DNA of 63,999 nucleotides, counting the filler, from Choristocarpus tenellus KU-1152 (taxonomy: Eukaryota; Protista; Phaeophyceae), in NCBI GenBank assembly GCA_964200185.2. It is 16 parts of 16 records of this genome, joined end to end, with 100 filler letters (N's around TTAATTAATTAA, not from the genome) between each part and the next. Parts side by side here need not be neighbours in the genome. Positions count along the whole stretch, not along the records: positions 53,013 to 61,353 come from CAXNAD020004833.1; positions 61,454 to 63,999 come from CAXNAD020026883.1; 14 more parts are not named here. The stretch is one strand, 5' to 3'. The notes below the pieces were generated by a model that saw only the letters and a program-made list of their open reading frames with translations, was not told the origin of the DNA and made no database searches. Every line of letters begins with the position of its first letter. Within the stretch, counting starts at the first letter, position 1. The position numbers and the translations under genes were made by a program. Below are positions 53,319 to 63,999 of this stretch, piece after piece.

Positions 53319-56300
53319 TGCACCTCTACCCCTTTCTCGATCCTCTCGGTATGACCCATGTGGGTCGTGTTAACCTCTCCTATCTGGGGGGTGGACAGGT
53401 CAATAACCTGCGTAAGATGAATACCGTGCTTGTGGCTGACCAGCAAAATAACAGCAACCAAAAGCAAGAGGGCCGTGGAATTACAGATGGGCATGAGGAG
53501 AACGATCTCAATGTTCTTGAGGGCGAGATAGATGGTTTTACCCGACACCAAAGACAGAGACCACCATCTACATCACACTCGGTAAGGGACAGAGTCCACC
53601 CCAAGAAGGAGAGCATACAGCAACGCGCACGAGGAGAAACCCTCCTGATCCTGGAAGACCAGGTGTGAGATTAGGCTTCGAGCAGATTGAGGGGGTAAGG
53701 GGCCTATAGGCTTCTCAAAGTGAAGCCTGTTGCAACATGGTAACTCCAGAAATAAAATTGGAAATAGAAAATCACTGGAAGGAGATGTGTCGAAGAACAA
53801 AGTGCACAAAGGTAGGAAGTAGCTTTCAACCCTGCTGACTTGTCAGGTACACAGACTCGACAAAGGGTACACCACAGGAAATGTTTGGGCTTGGATAATA
53901 GGGCATCATGTGCCACAAGCTTTTGAAAAAACTAACGTCAACACATAGGTGGGTGTGCTTTGAGGAAGGACAAATCCCCACAGTGCCTTTAACTTCAAGA
54001 GAATATGGAAAAGCTACAAGTCAATGACCTCATTTCTCTTCTAACCAGAAAGTCCATCTATAAGGCATTGACTAATTGATCTAAACCTGTTCATTATAAT
54101 ACATTCTACAGAAATGCATTTTGAAAATATGTTTCCTTGACAAGAGCTCAAACATGAACAAAACCCATACACTCAATTCTGGCTGGATGAAGTCTACTTT
54201 GGAGGGCTTATAGCTCTTTGTAGCTCACTTTGAGCATCTAGATTGAAATAGTTCCAGTGAGCAACACACCCGCTACATATCTCCTTGAGGATAGACTCAA
54301 AGTATCTGAGGGGGGTGGTGGATGTCCATTCGGGACCCATTTTTCCATGTTGCGATTTTTGGGTGATTTGGTTGCATGAGTCGGATGGATAATGTAAGTA
54401 CACTATTCCTGGTCAGGGCCTGAGTGGACATCCTGGTGTAGAACCCCCCCCACCCCCAGATACTTCAGCCGATACCGAAGTGTTCCAGGTGGTTAAACAA
54501 TGCAAAAAAAGCAGCAGAAAACTTGTTGAGATTCAATTTCCCTACCCTTGCAATCTTACTTTCTAACTGCACCATACATCAGCCCATTATAAGGTTAGAT
54601 CCGCACTTGCACTTAGCAGGGAAGTGCGGCTAAGCTGATGAGGTGGGTGGAGGAAAGACACACCAAAGGACTCAATGGGAGTGGTTCAATTTCAGAGGTA
54701 AGTGATCGAAGTGAGGAGAGCGAGGAAGATTCACCGAGACTAAGAATAAGGTACAACAAGGTGTGTTGTATTGTGTTAGTCGATCTGTAAATTAACAGGT
54801 TCTATGATGGTAGTAGGAGTCCTCAGATGAAATTTACGAAAACATAGAATGGAGGGAAGAGGATAAATGTCCGAGAATTTCATCAAGAAGGATTCCTGCA
54901 AGATATTGCAACCCAAGTGCATAGCCATTGTGTCATTGCCAATGTAAAGCATGACTTTTGAAGAACATGGCATTTCTCTATGTGAAGTGTCCACTAATGT
55001 CACTATGACTTGGGTCTGCACAATGAAATATCTTTCCTCTCCGTAATTGCTGAACTGGCCCACCACTTTTGCTACCTACAAATACCGATGCTAATGCTGC
55101 CAACAACAAGCCCCTGATATTTGTCGAGCATTGTGTTTGCATGACATGTAACTACAATGACTGATTCGGGTCAATTTTTTTCATTTGATATTTCAAAACA
55201 AAATCAAGGGAAGGGAAAAGCAGGGCGAAGAGTGCTCTGATCTTGTGGGCACTGGCAAGGCTAGCAAATGTGAAAATCCCACTGCAGCATCAATTTCTAG
55301 GTGGGAACATCAGGTAAGACTTGAGGGAAGAGTCAGTCGACTACCCACCTCCAACAAGCAGAATGGTGTCACACTCTCTAGTGAATCCCCTTTTTCCCCA
55401 CCTGCAGGCAATAACATGTGAAAAAATACGCATCCGCGTATGGGTGGCTCAAAGTATCTTGGGGGGGGAGTGACGGCTGTCCATTCGGTGTCAATTTTTC
55501 ATGTCACGATTTTTGAGTGATTTGGTTGCATACGTCGGATGGATAAAGTAAGTGCACTTTTCCTGGTCAGAGCCTGAATGGACACCCTGGTGTAGACCCC
55601 CCCCCCCCCAGATACTTTGAGCCGGTATGCAATAGCATGTCTGCAATCGATCGTAAACCTATCTGACATGTAGTCCTGAAAAGAGATAAAGGAACGGGCT
55701 GCTACATGCTTTTACCCTGTTAGTTCGATAACCCATTCCACCTTAATTGGCATTTTCCAGCCGAATCTGAATGGCTAGGCTATCACCCTATCGCGGAAGG
55801 ACAGCCTGCCTTTGATGATCATTTGCAGCAGTGTCTAAAGGATGTTTGGGATTGATGTGCTCAAAAAAAAACCGAACTTCTATGCAATGTAATGTTCTAG
55901 TTGTTCAATGCAGGTTCAACCACGTTGTCCGACCCTGAACTGACATCAGGTCGAATTACTGGAGGAGAAAAATGCTGAAGCTGAAGCAGAGATAGCAAAA
56001 CTCATGTGCGTCTATCCAGCAGAGGAGGATTCACAATAGGATCTCAAAAATGATTGCCTGTTGATGACTCTGCTGCGAGTTGATTGCCCCGGCAGGTTTC
56101 ACTCATTCTCATTCCTCTTTAATTCTTGCCACTAACTTTAAAACTGGAACCAATGTAAATGCTATCTGTGTTGAGTATCCTCAGTTGTGATTATGTAATT
56201 CCTTGAAATACAATACAATGCACAAAAGCTTAATCCTACCTTTACTATTACTTATCACCACCTATAGTGGATGCTCCAATGCCAAGAAGGAAGCCTGACT

Positions 56301-59300
56301 TTTTTCTTGCTTTTGCACCGATATTGTGATGGTTTTCCAGAAAGTGTGCAAGTAGTTCGCAGGTGTAGCATGTTTGCTCTGACTGTGCCATGCATATGAA
56401 CCTCAGTCATTTCCGGAGGTGCCTGCTGCTGGAGTGTAGTGCGATTCACAGCTAACACAAATCCTGAATATTCTTTTGTAATTCTCTGAAAAATGGTGTT
56501 TTTTAACGTTCTCCGTGCCCCTGTTTTTGGATTGTACTCTTCACTTGACCAAGAACAATTTTCCTGCTGTGGTCTGCATCTCTCCCACCCACACCCCTTT
56601 CCATTTTGATCTTCAGGGTTAGGGTTAGGGTTAGGGTTAGGGTTAAGGGATAGTGTACATGCAAACTCACATAGCACTCCCAAATAATGTGGGCAATTCC
56701 CTTTAGGAAAGAATCACAGCAGAGGGAAAGGCTTCTAGAGCAAGAGATGGAAAAGACTGAGGGCCCCGTCTCACCTAGAGCACATGCCAGCCTAAGACTG
56801 GAACTGTTTCAGCAAAACAAGGAAAAACACGCACTAAAGGGGAGGGTAGCAGAGTTGCAGGTAGGCCAGTGTTATCTCCTGTTAATCTGTGATCCGAAGC
56901 ATTTCAGAGGGCAGGAGTTTACCCCCGTTTGTACATTCGAGACTTGGCTTCCCATAGATATTTTATGCCCTTTTTTCGGTTTTCTGTGAACACAGTTACT
57001 GAATCCGAAAGATTTTGGAGGAAGTTAAATGTACACAACTATGAAACGTATGTCCGGAGCAAGGATATTTTGACACTTCCTAACAAACACGATAGCCAAA
57101 ATACCATCAAAATAGCAACATTGGATTTTATGATCCCGAATGGACGTGGCCCTACCCGAGTGCAAGAATCTTTTAGGGTTAGGGTACGAGTTTTGCCATG
57201 TTTGTCTGTTTGGGGCATGGCTTCCCACAGGGTTTTTTATGACATTTTCGTGCTACGAAGTGTTTCGGAGTAGGTAAAATGTATACATTATGAAAAATTG
57301 TGTCCGGAACAAGGATATTGACACCTCCTAACAAGCACGAGAGACAAAATTACATTGAAACCAACCACTACATTGGATTTTGGCCCCCAAAATGGACCCG
57401 GCTCTACCCTCTAAGATACTTTGACTCATCCTCTGAATTGCTTTGGATCTGTCTTTAGTCCTCTTTCATGGGCTGCCTACCCGATTCACATACTATAGAG
57501 CAGTGCCAGTGCCATGAAGAGAGACAGTTCACATAAAATAGAACATAACCCAATGTGCAGAGCTCCTGTAGTGTTGTGGGAGATGTAGGTGTCTTTTTAC
57601 GTTGCCAATTGACAGCTGAGTGGTCTTTGAAGACTTAGCATCCCGTGGTCAGGTCCATCTTGGGTCATAATATCCTAGAGGGGGGGATGTTTAGCCCAGG
57701 TTGTCCATTTGGGGCTTGATCAGATGTTGTAAGATACCCCAGTTTGATGCCCATTTTGATAATGATATTCCTTTGAACTTGGTTCAGCAAAGGGAAAGGA
57801 AAACGAGGGTGCTTTCAGAAGAATCAAATTGCCCTTACCTCTGACAAATTTGTTCATACTACAGAGAATGACATGGAAATCACAACAGGGTCACACAGGC
57901 CCTAAATGGACGCCTGACCCACCCTCTAGGATACTATGATGGGCCTCCTACGCACTTCAATCAATTGTTCACTAATTAGGTTGGAAATCTCTATGTCTCC
58001 ACTTTAAGAAATGATCTTCCAGCGCTAGTGGCTTACATAGTACTCTGAGTATCAAAAACATACAACTTTTCTCCCTTTTCTCTTTCACTTTCAGGCTTCC
58101 ATAATCAGAGCTCTCAAGTTTCCGTGACCTATCTAGATAACCTTCCCTATTACAACTTGCTGCCTCTGTCTTGACAAGCCAAGCTCTCTTGGCCTCCCTA
58201 ATCTTCACTCTATGGTTGCAACGGGTGAATATCGCATTAACCAAAAGTCAGCTTCTGATGAAAATGAGCACCTGCGAAGGCGTCTTGAGGCAATAGAACG
58301 CACTGCTTTGAAGCTTAACCTTGGAGGATCTGGAGGAGATGCTGCTTCTCTGTCGCAAGGTCGGCTTGCCACAGAAACCAATGAAGTTCTACGCCTCCAG
58401 TCTTTGACTAGGCAACTCGAAGATGAGAAGCTAGAACTGTTGAAGGCAAGTGGTAGACTGTTTGTATTTGGCTTGTACACCCCCACCACCCCAAGCCCAG
58501 TTGTGGATAAACTTTCCTTTGTCTGTATGAAATGAATTGTAAATATGGAGAGTACACATGATTAACAGGAGGAATTACTCCAAAGCCAGGGCAATGACCC
58601 ACACAGAAAATTCTACGATATAGGGGAGTCAACTCCCAAATAACTAAACCCAAATTCATTGCTTTCCGGTGACGGCTGCCCAGGCAATGTCCGAGCTGAG
58701 AGATGTGAGTGTGCCATGGAACATGGTGGAAAAGCAAAAGGTTGAGATGGAGATGCTCCTTGAGAAAGAAAATGCTCGCCACAGGGAGGTAAGCATCCAA
58801 AGGAGCAAGGGTGAAGAGAATAGGTGCTCAAATGATTTGCATAAGGGCACTCGAGGGAATGGATGGAAGAGAAGGATAGATACGTTGTCATCCAGGTTGC
58901 TTTACATACTCTAATATTATTTCTTCATACATTGCAATACAATAGTGCTATGAACCAAAAGAATACCTTGTCATTAGAAAGAATTGTGATATGTGTGAAT
59001 TCCACTTGTCAAACCTGAGGGCTTAAGGAGGGTGCATATTCCTTCTGATGTCCTCACATCAATGCCTTCATATTGGAGTGAAAGTATCTTAGAGGGTGCA
59101 AGATTTGCCCTGTTTGTCTATTTGGGGCTTGACTTCCCATGAGTTTTTCAAGACATTTTCCTACTCTGAATATTTTGGAGTAGGTAAAACGTAATGTATA
59201 CCTTATGAAAGGTGTGTCAGGAACGAGGATATTGACACTTCCTAACAAACACAATAGCCAAAATTACATCAAAATCGCAACATTGGATTTTGGCCCCCAA

Positions 59301-60968
59301 ACGGACACGGCTCTACACTCTAAGATAATTTGACTCTTGACAATATTAGAACTCCCGGTCCTACTAAGTAATTCCATAAAACATTATTATTCTGGAAGGA
59401 CTACTGTAAAGTACAATAAGACGTTGCTATAATAAGATGTTGCTGGCTCATGGACAGGGCCAAAGAGAATATAGAACATCACACTTCGCACTCAGTGCAG
59501 AAGAGAGCTCTTACGTTATTTTCTGAAAGTGTGTGCTGCGACATGCGATGCACTTTCAAAATACTGCAACTATGCATTGAAGGTAGTAATCGCATGGTAT
59601 GCATGGGCACCAAACTCTTTGCCCAGGAATATGCATCGTCTTAGGGATGGATGGGTACAGACCCATTTGTGTCACCAGAGCAACAGGTCTGGTTGTGCAT
59701 GACTACAACATTGCTGATCCTAGGCTCACATTTGATGCCACTGTGCCGGCCAGCTGAGTGGTACAGATGTGCAAAACTAATACCCAATGCTGATATTTGA
59801 GGCACATGCCTGTGCTGTGTCTGTGGGCTGTATAAACTCCGTTAGACTGTGAAGGATTCAATCCTTCTACCACTCATGAACTAAACAATCAATCAGTCAC
59901 CAACCAAAAGGGTAGGAAGGTGCACAAGTCATTCAAATCTCAAGGTTTAAGGATAGGTTGTGTAGAGCTGTGAGCATCATCTGTGTGTGTACAATCTTTT
60001 GCCCCAAATCATGTAGAAGCCACTAATGAATGGTGTTCCGTTTTAGTACTACTCTTGATATGAACACAAAGAGGTATCTTAATTTTACTCAAGATGTACA
60101 TATCATTTATATTTAGTACAGTACCAGTTCCGAAAGATGACATAAATAGTTCATTTGCAGTACCTCTCCACTAGGAAAACGTACAAATCAATGTGAATCA
60201 CATTTACTTGGCATCCTCATATTTCTAAGTGGATATATGGCATCAGCTCAGTATTCCACCAATAGGTTAGTGACCTGGTGTGTGCTGTTTGTTTAGTCTG
60301 AGAACTGATTCCTGTGGCGCAGTGCCTATTTTTTTCTGGTGTCTAACCTCCCACTTTCAATGATAAATAGGAGTGACTTATTAATGAATACTTTGTCACA
60401 CCTCTGTGATGTGATACTTTGAAAATAATGACAATAATTTGTGTCGTGTAGCCCTAGGAGTTGACTGGTGCACATACGAACTATGAAGTCTTACAGCAAG
60501 CGTGTAACTCATGGGTTGTAAATTGGTGAAGACTTATCTTGACTTCAATATATCTCCATTCATCCCATTTCGCTGTCATTGTTATGACCATGTGCAGCTG
60601 ATTGGTCGTCCCTAACTCAAGGAGGTTGCTCCAAAGAATCCAAAAGAATTTGCAAACATGTCAAAAAGATCAGTTCAAGAAAATTCGATGCATTCAATTG
60701 AATAAGAATCATGCAAGGTGGAGAGATCCTCCAACTGATGAGGGACCCACTATGGCATAAAATGTTATTTGCACTTTATTCTGCCTCATTTACATGTTAT
60801 TTCCCCACCAACAGAGACACCCCCTTCTCATATCAGAAGGAAGACCAAGATCTGGGCATCAACTGTCAGAGTTCAGCTTGTTCTTTTTAGGAGTTGAAAA
60901 TATTCCCAGATGTTGACAGCATTTGCTCTGAGTCTGCCAATGTAGAAAGATTACCCAAAATACGGAAG
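53319..60968 (+). CDS. Coiled-coil hypothetical protein, internal exons
   Basis: Phase-consistent exons ~53319-53662, 55950-56005 (VELLEEKNAEAEAEIAKL), 56707-56860, ~58248-58445 (GC donor), 58684-58788 and probably 60891-60968. Confidence 0.7.
54294..54470. mobile_element. MITE family B, full copy (intronic)
   Basis: GACTCAAAGTATCT...AGATACTTCAGCC; flanks GATA/GATA. Confidence 0.9.
55446..55623. mobile_element. MITE family B, full copy (intronic)
   Basis: Perfect 14-bp TIR GGCTCAAAGTATCT/AGATACTTTGAGCC; 3-bp TSD GGT. Confidence 0.93.
56615..56646. repeat. Interstitial (TTAGGG)n tract (longest of several)
   Basis: About 5 AGGGTT units inside an intron. Others lie at ~190-204, 1189-1209, 1989-2008, 14777-14789, 15667-15682, 26256-26273, 47369-47382 and 57173-57184. 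Confidence 0.9.
56891..57449. mobile_element. MITE family A-related variant (GATCC termini) hosting a nested copy
   Basis: TIRs GATCCGAAGCATTTCAGAGG / CCTCTGAATTGCTTTGGATC; TSD TGT; interior homologous to family A. Confidence 0.85.
57158..57427. mobile_element. MITE family A copy nested in the right TIR of the previous element
   Basis: GAGTGCAAG...GATACTTTGACTC; flanks ACCC/ATCC duplicate the host TIR sequence. Confidence 0.9.
57665..57939. mobile_element. MITE family D (related TIR, different interior)
   Basis: TCATAATATCCTAGAGGG / CCCTCTAGGATACTATGA; subterminal GTCCATTTGGG and CCTAAATGGAC; flanks TGGG/TGGG. Confidence 0.75.
59076..59336. mobile_element. MITE family A, full copy (intronic)
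   Basis: GAGTGAAAGTATCTTAGAGGGT...CTCTAAGATAATTTGACTC; 3-bp TSD TTG. Confidence 0.92.
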
Positions 60969-61265
60969 GTGAGAAGCATGGAGCTCTTTCCCACCACCAC
61001 TCGAGCGGATCATTGAAATCTCCCACCTAATCAACCATTATTGTAAGTCAGCCTGTGTTGCCATTTGGGAGGAATCACCTCCGCTCATTGTTCTACTGCA
61101 GTGCTTCCTGGCCACGATCCATCACCCAACCTGCAGCAGTTGAACTTCCACGATATATTGCAAAGGAATATAAATTTAGATAACCCTTTAGCCTCTTCCA
61201 GCAAACCTGTCCCCATTCAGAATGAGGCAGCATGTGAGTAGATCTATACCAAACAAGATATGTCT

Positions 61266-61353
61266 GGCCAAACGTATCTGGGTGTGGGGGGGGGCTCTAC
61301 ACCAGGGTGTCCATTTGGGCCAAAATCAGGAAAAGTGCATTTACATTATTCAT
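61266..61353. mobile_element. MITE family B half copy (cut by contig end)
   Basis: GTATCTGGG...TCTACACCAGGGTGTCCATTTGGGCC...AAAAGTGCATTTACATTAT, the reverse complement of the family B right half. Confidence 0.85.
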
Positions 61354-61519
61354 NNNNNNNNNNNNNNNNNNNNNNNNNNNNNNNNNNNNNNNNNNNNTTA
61401 ATTAATTAANNNNNNNNNNNNNNNNNNNNNNNNNNNNNNNNNNNNNNNNNNNNAGTACAAGCTGGTAGTAATGTGTGCCATATCAACAGGAAATAAATGA
61501 GTAGCCTATGTTTTAACAG

Positions 61520-63240
61520 GGTGCAGCTATTTGCCCATAGTTCAGAACAACTATCGCATGTATCCTGTCATGCCTAGGAAACTCCTTAACTGCTCGACTG
61601 TAGATGGGGGGTCAAGTTTTGCTACTGCTATCATTATTGATGGAGCAGGACTCAAGCCATCTCTATCTACCTTGTTTCCTAAAAATTCTTGTAAAGGCAT
61701 GCACCACGAGGATTTGGGAAAGTTCACAGACAGGCCGTATTGCTTGAGTCTGGTAAGAAGGCGGCGAAGATTGTTCATATGTTCATCAAATGATGAGCTA
61801 TAGCAAAAAAGATCGTCTGGCCAGTTTTCTACACCCTCCCCTTTGAGATCTCCTAATGCCTCTCTCATGTAGCTAGAGAATACTGCAAGCAAGATTTTCA
61901 ACCCAAAGCCATACCTATTATATTCCCAAATTTGTCCATGAGCATCACGGAAAGCTGTCTTATGTTTGTCTAGCTCTGCTATTTCTAGTTGAAAGAACCC
62001 CAACGCTAAATCCATGGCAGTGAAATAGCTAGAACCCTTAAGCGTATCAAAGATACTGGTGATGTTTCCAAGACCTCCACTATCACTACGTGAGCGATCA
62101 TTAAGCATCATAAAATCTGTGCACAACCTCAAGGTCCCATATTTCTTACGTACTGCTACTACTGCTGCTGCCCATGCTGAGGTAGAGGGTCTGATAATAC
62201 CACATTCCTGCAACTGCTTAACCTCTGCTTGAATCATCTGTGTTTCTTCAGGGAAAAAACGCCTTTGTTTCGCTGCATAGGGTGTGCAGTCCTCGTCTAA
62301 TAGTGGTATATGTAATACTCCTCTGGAGCATGGGGGAACTCGTTTGGGATCTTCAGGGAATACTCTTAAGCTTCTAAATTCTTCCAACAATTCCACCAAC
62401 TGTTTCTTCTGTCCTGGTGTCAGCTGTCCTATGTTGGCATCACTGAGGCTCACCGATTGATGACGGATCCCCTCAGTTTCACCTGAAGGGGTGTCTTCTT
62501 CTTCTGCTACCGGGCAGTCGCTAGTCTTTCCTGCCTCTGGGGAATGCCTTATCTGGGGACTAGTCGTGGCAAGCAGAACCTGTGCTTTTTGAGGGTCTCT
62601 GGGGGGTTGGGCTAGTGACTGAAAGGGTGCAACCACCCTCTCTCTATCCTGAGTATTCAGAGCAATCACCTTCCCAACTGGCAGCCCTGCCTCGATACTA
62701 CTGGGCTTACTGCACGTATTTACCAGCTTGCAATAAATGGGGGTTCCTGGGCTCCACTATTGTACACCTCTGGCAACTCCCACAGCATTCCCTAATTCCA
62801 GGTTATACTTTGACAAGGGTTCCATCACCACCAACTGTCTGGATTGTGGTTGTGCCCCCTTAACGAATCCTTTGCAGACTTTGCTAACAAACCCTTTTAC
62901 ATGTTCTACTTCTGACAGACGCAATTCCCATTGCAGAGTCCCATCGTCCTCCCACGCTACATCCACTGGGAGGGGTACCACACCTGGATTCTCCAATGAT
63001 GTGGTCAGAGGATCCTTGTCTTGGGTAAGGTCTATCGTGGCGATACCTGCCTCTGGATCCGTGTCTTGGGTACCTGCTTCTGGGTCTACATAAAAAATAG
63101 TTGCATGTTCCTTCTCTGGTGGTATATGTTCACCAGTTAGTGTACTAGTGCATCTTGGGGATCTAGGGAGTGTCCCAGGGGGGGGTTCTCTACATCGAAC
63201 TGATCTGGGGTTACTGAGGAGCAGTCTGTGGTACTCAAAC
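61520..63240 (-). mobile_element. Ty3/Gypsy pol fragment (post-protease linker plus reverse transcriptase)
   Basis: ORF 61551-62669 carries RT motifs (MDLALGFFQL, KTAF, YGFGLK, WPDD, FLG, LRSFLGMTGYMR); the upstream ORF 62757-63242 is homologous to 22228-22610. Confidence 0.93.
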
Positions 63241-63415
63241 AAAAGGTTGTTAAAGTATCCCCAAAATCATCAAAGAGGGTAAAGGTGATAAACCCGGTGA
63301 GATTGCTTGGTGTCTGTAGAGTGATTGATTAAATTTAGGTGGGGCATGCAGCACTCAATAAAAACAGTAATATTTCCTTATAATATGAGAAATTTACCTT
63401 AAACTAAACACTAGT

Positions 63416-63462
63416 GAGCCAAAGTATCTGAGAGGGTACGGGCCCGTCCAAATGGGGTCTCG
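63416..63462. mobile_element. Left TIR of a longer element of the same TIR group
   Basis: GAGCCAAAGTATCTGAGAGGGTACGGGCCCGTCCAAATGGGG; no closing TIR before the window ends. Confidence 0.7.
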
Positions 63463-63999
63463 AATTCGATACTGATGGGGTTTTGTCGTCATATATATCA
63501 AGCGTGTTGGATTAATTGCTGGTGTCTCCATTTAGTGTGGTTTTTGAAAGCAATGACGATATGCCTGTTTGATGAATTTACCTTTATTAATGGAGTAGGT
63601 ATTCAAAATGTAGGGTTAGCTTTCGATGGTGGTAGCACAATTTTTGCCTGGCAAGATAACATTGAGAGCACAAATGCGGGAAGAGCGCGCAGGACGCTGC
63701 AAGGACAACCAAGCAAAGAGCGAGCGTATTCCTTGGTGGCACATGCAATATATAGGATTAGGACGTATTGCCAGGAGTAATATCCTATTCCTTTTGAGGG
63801 GAGGATGTCATTGTCATTCTATGTTGACGGCGATGTGTATGCGATGTCTTAGATTTTGTACTGGTTATGATTGCGACCTATTATGTACGATGAGATGACA
63901 AATGCCTTGAGAAGATGCTAATAGATGGGGTGGATTCCTCGGAAAGAATGATCCAAGCATATTTGTTGCGCTCTGGTGGTGTGTGGTGTGACAATGAAC

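Overview
This is eukaryotic nuclear DNA, not prokaryotic. It is 16 short unordered contigs joined by 15 artificial 100-bp spacers (N44-TTAATTAATTAA-N44), so adjacency across spacers means nothing. Long spliceosomal introns, short TTAGGG tracts and poly-C/G runs suggest a stramenopile, possibly a brown alga (inference). Splicing exons by hand recovers partial genes that the ORF track misses or fragments: calnexin, a REX1/RNH70-type RNA exonuclease, mitochondrial alternative oxidase, glutathione reductase, SMU1, a PC4/SUB1-domain protein and several hypothetical coiled-coil or membrane proteins. Mobile DNA includes three pieces of one Ty3/Gypsy family (Gag with a CCCH-like finger), a Ty1/Copia RNase H remnant and an intron-containing DUF7869/Sola-like DDD transposase gene. 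There are also about 23 full or partial copies of related MITEs sharing an AAAGTATCT TIR core and a subterminal GTCCATTTGGG motif. The most unusual signals are: (i) the MITEs make both 3-bp and 4-bp target duplications, and one is nested in another's TIR; (ii) a TTAGGG repeat appears inside one MITE copy but not its sisters; (iii) CpG decay among repeat copies implies cytosine methylation; (iv) 6-8 bp direct repeats sit at both ends of several introns. All family assignments rest on recalled motifs, not database searches.
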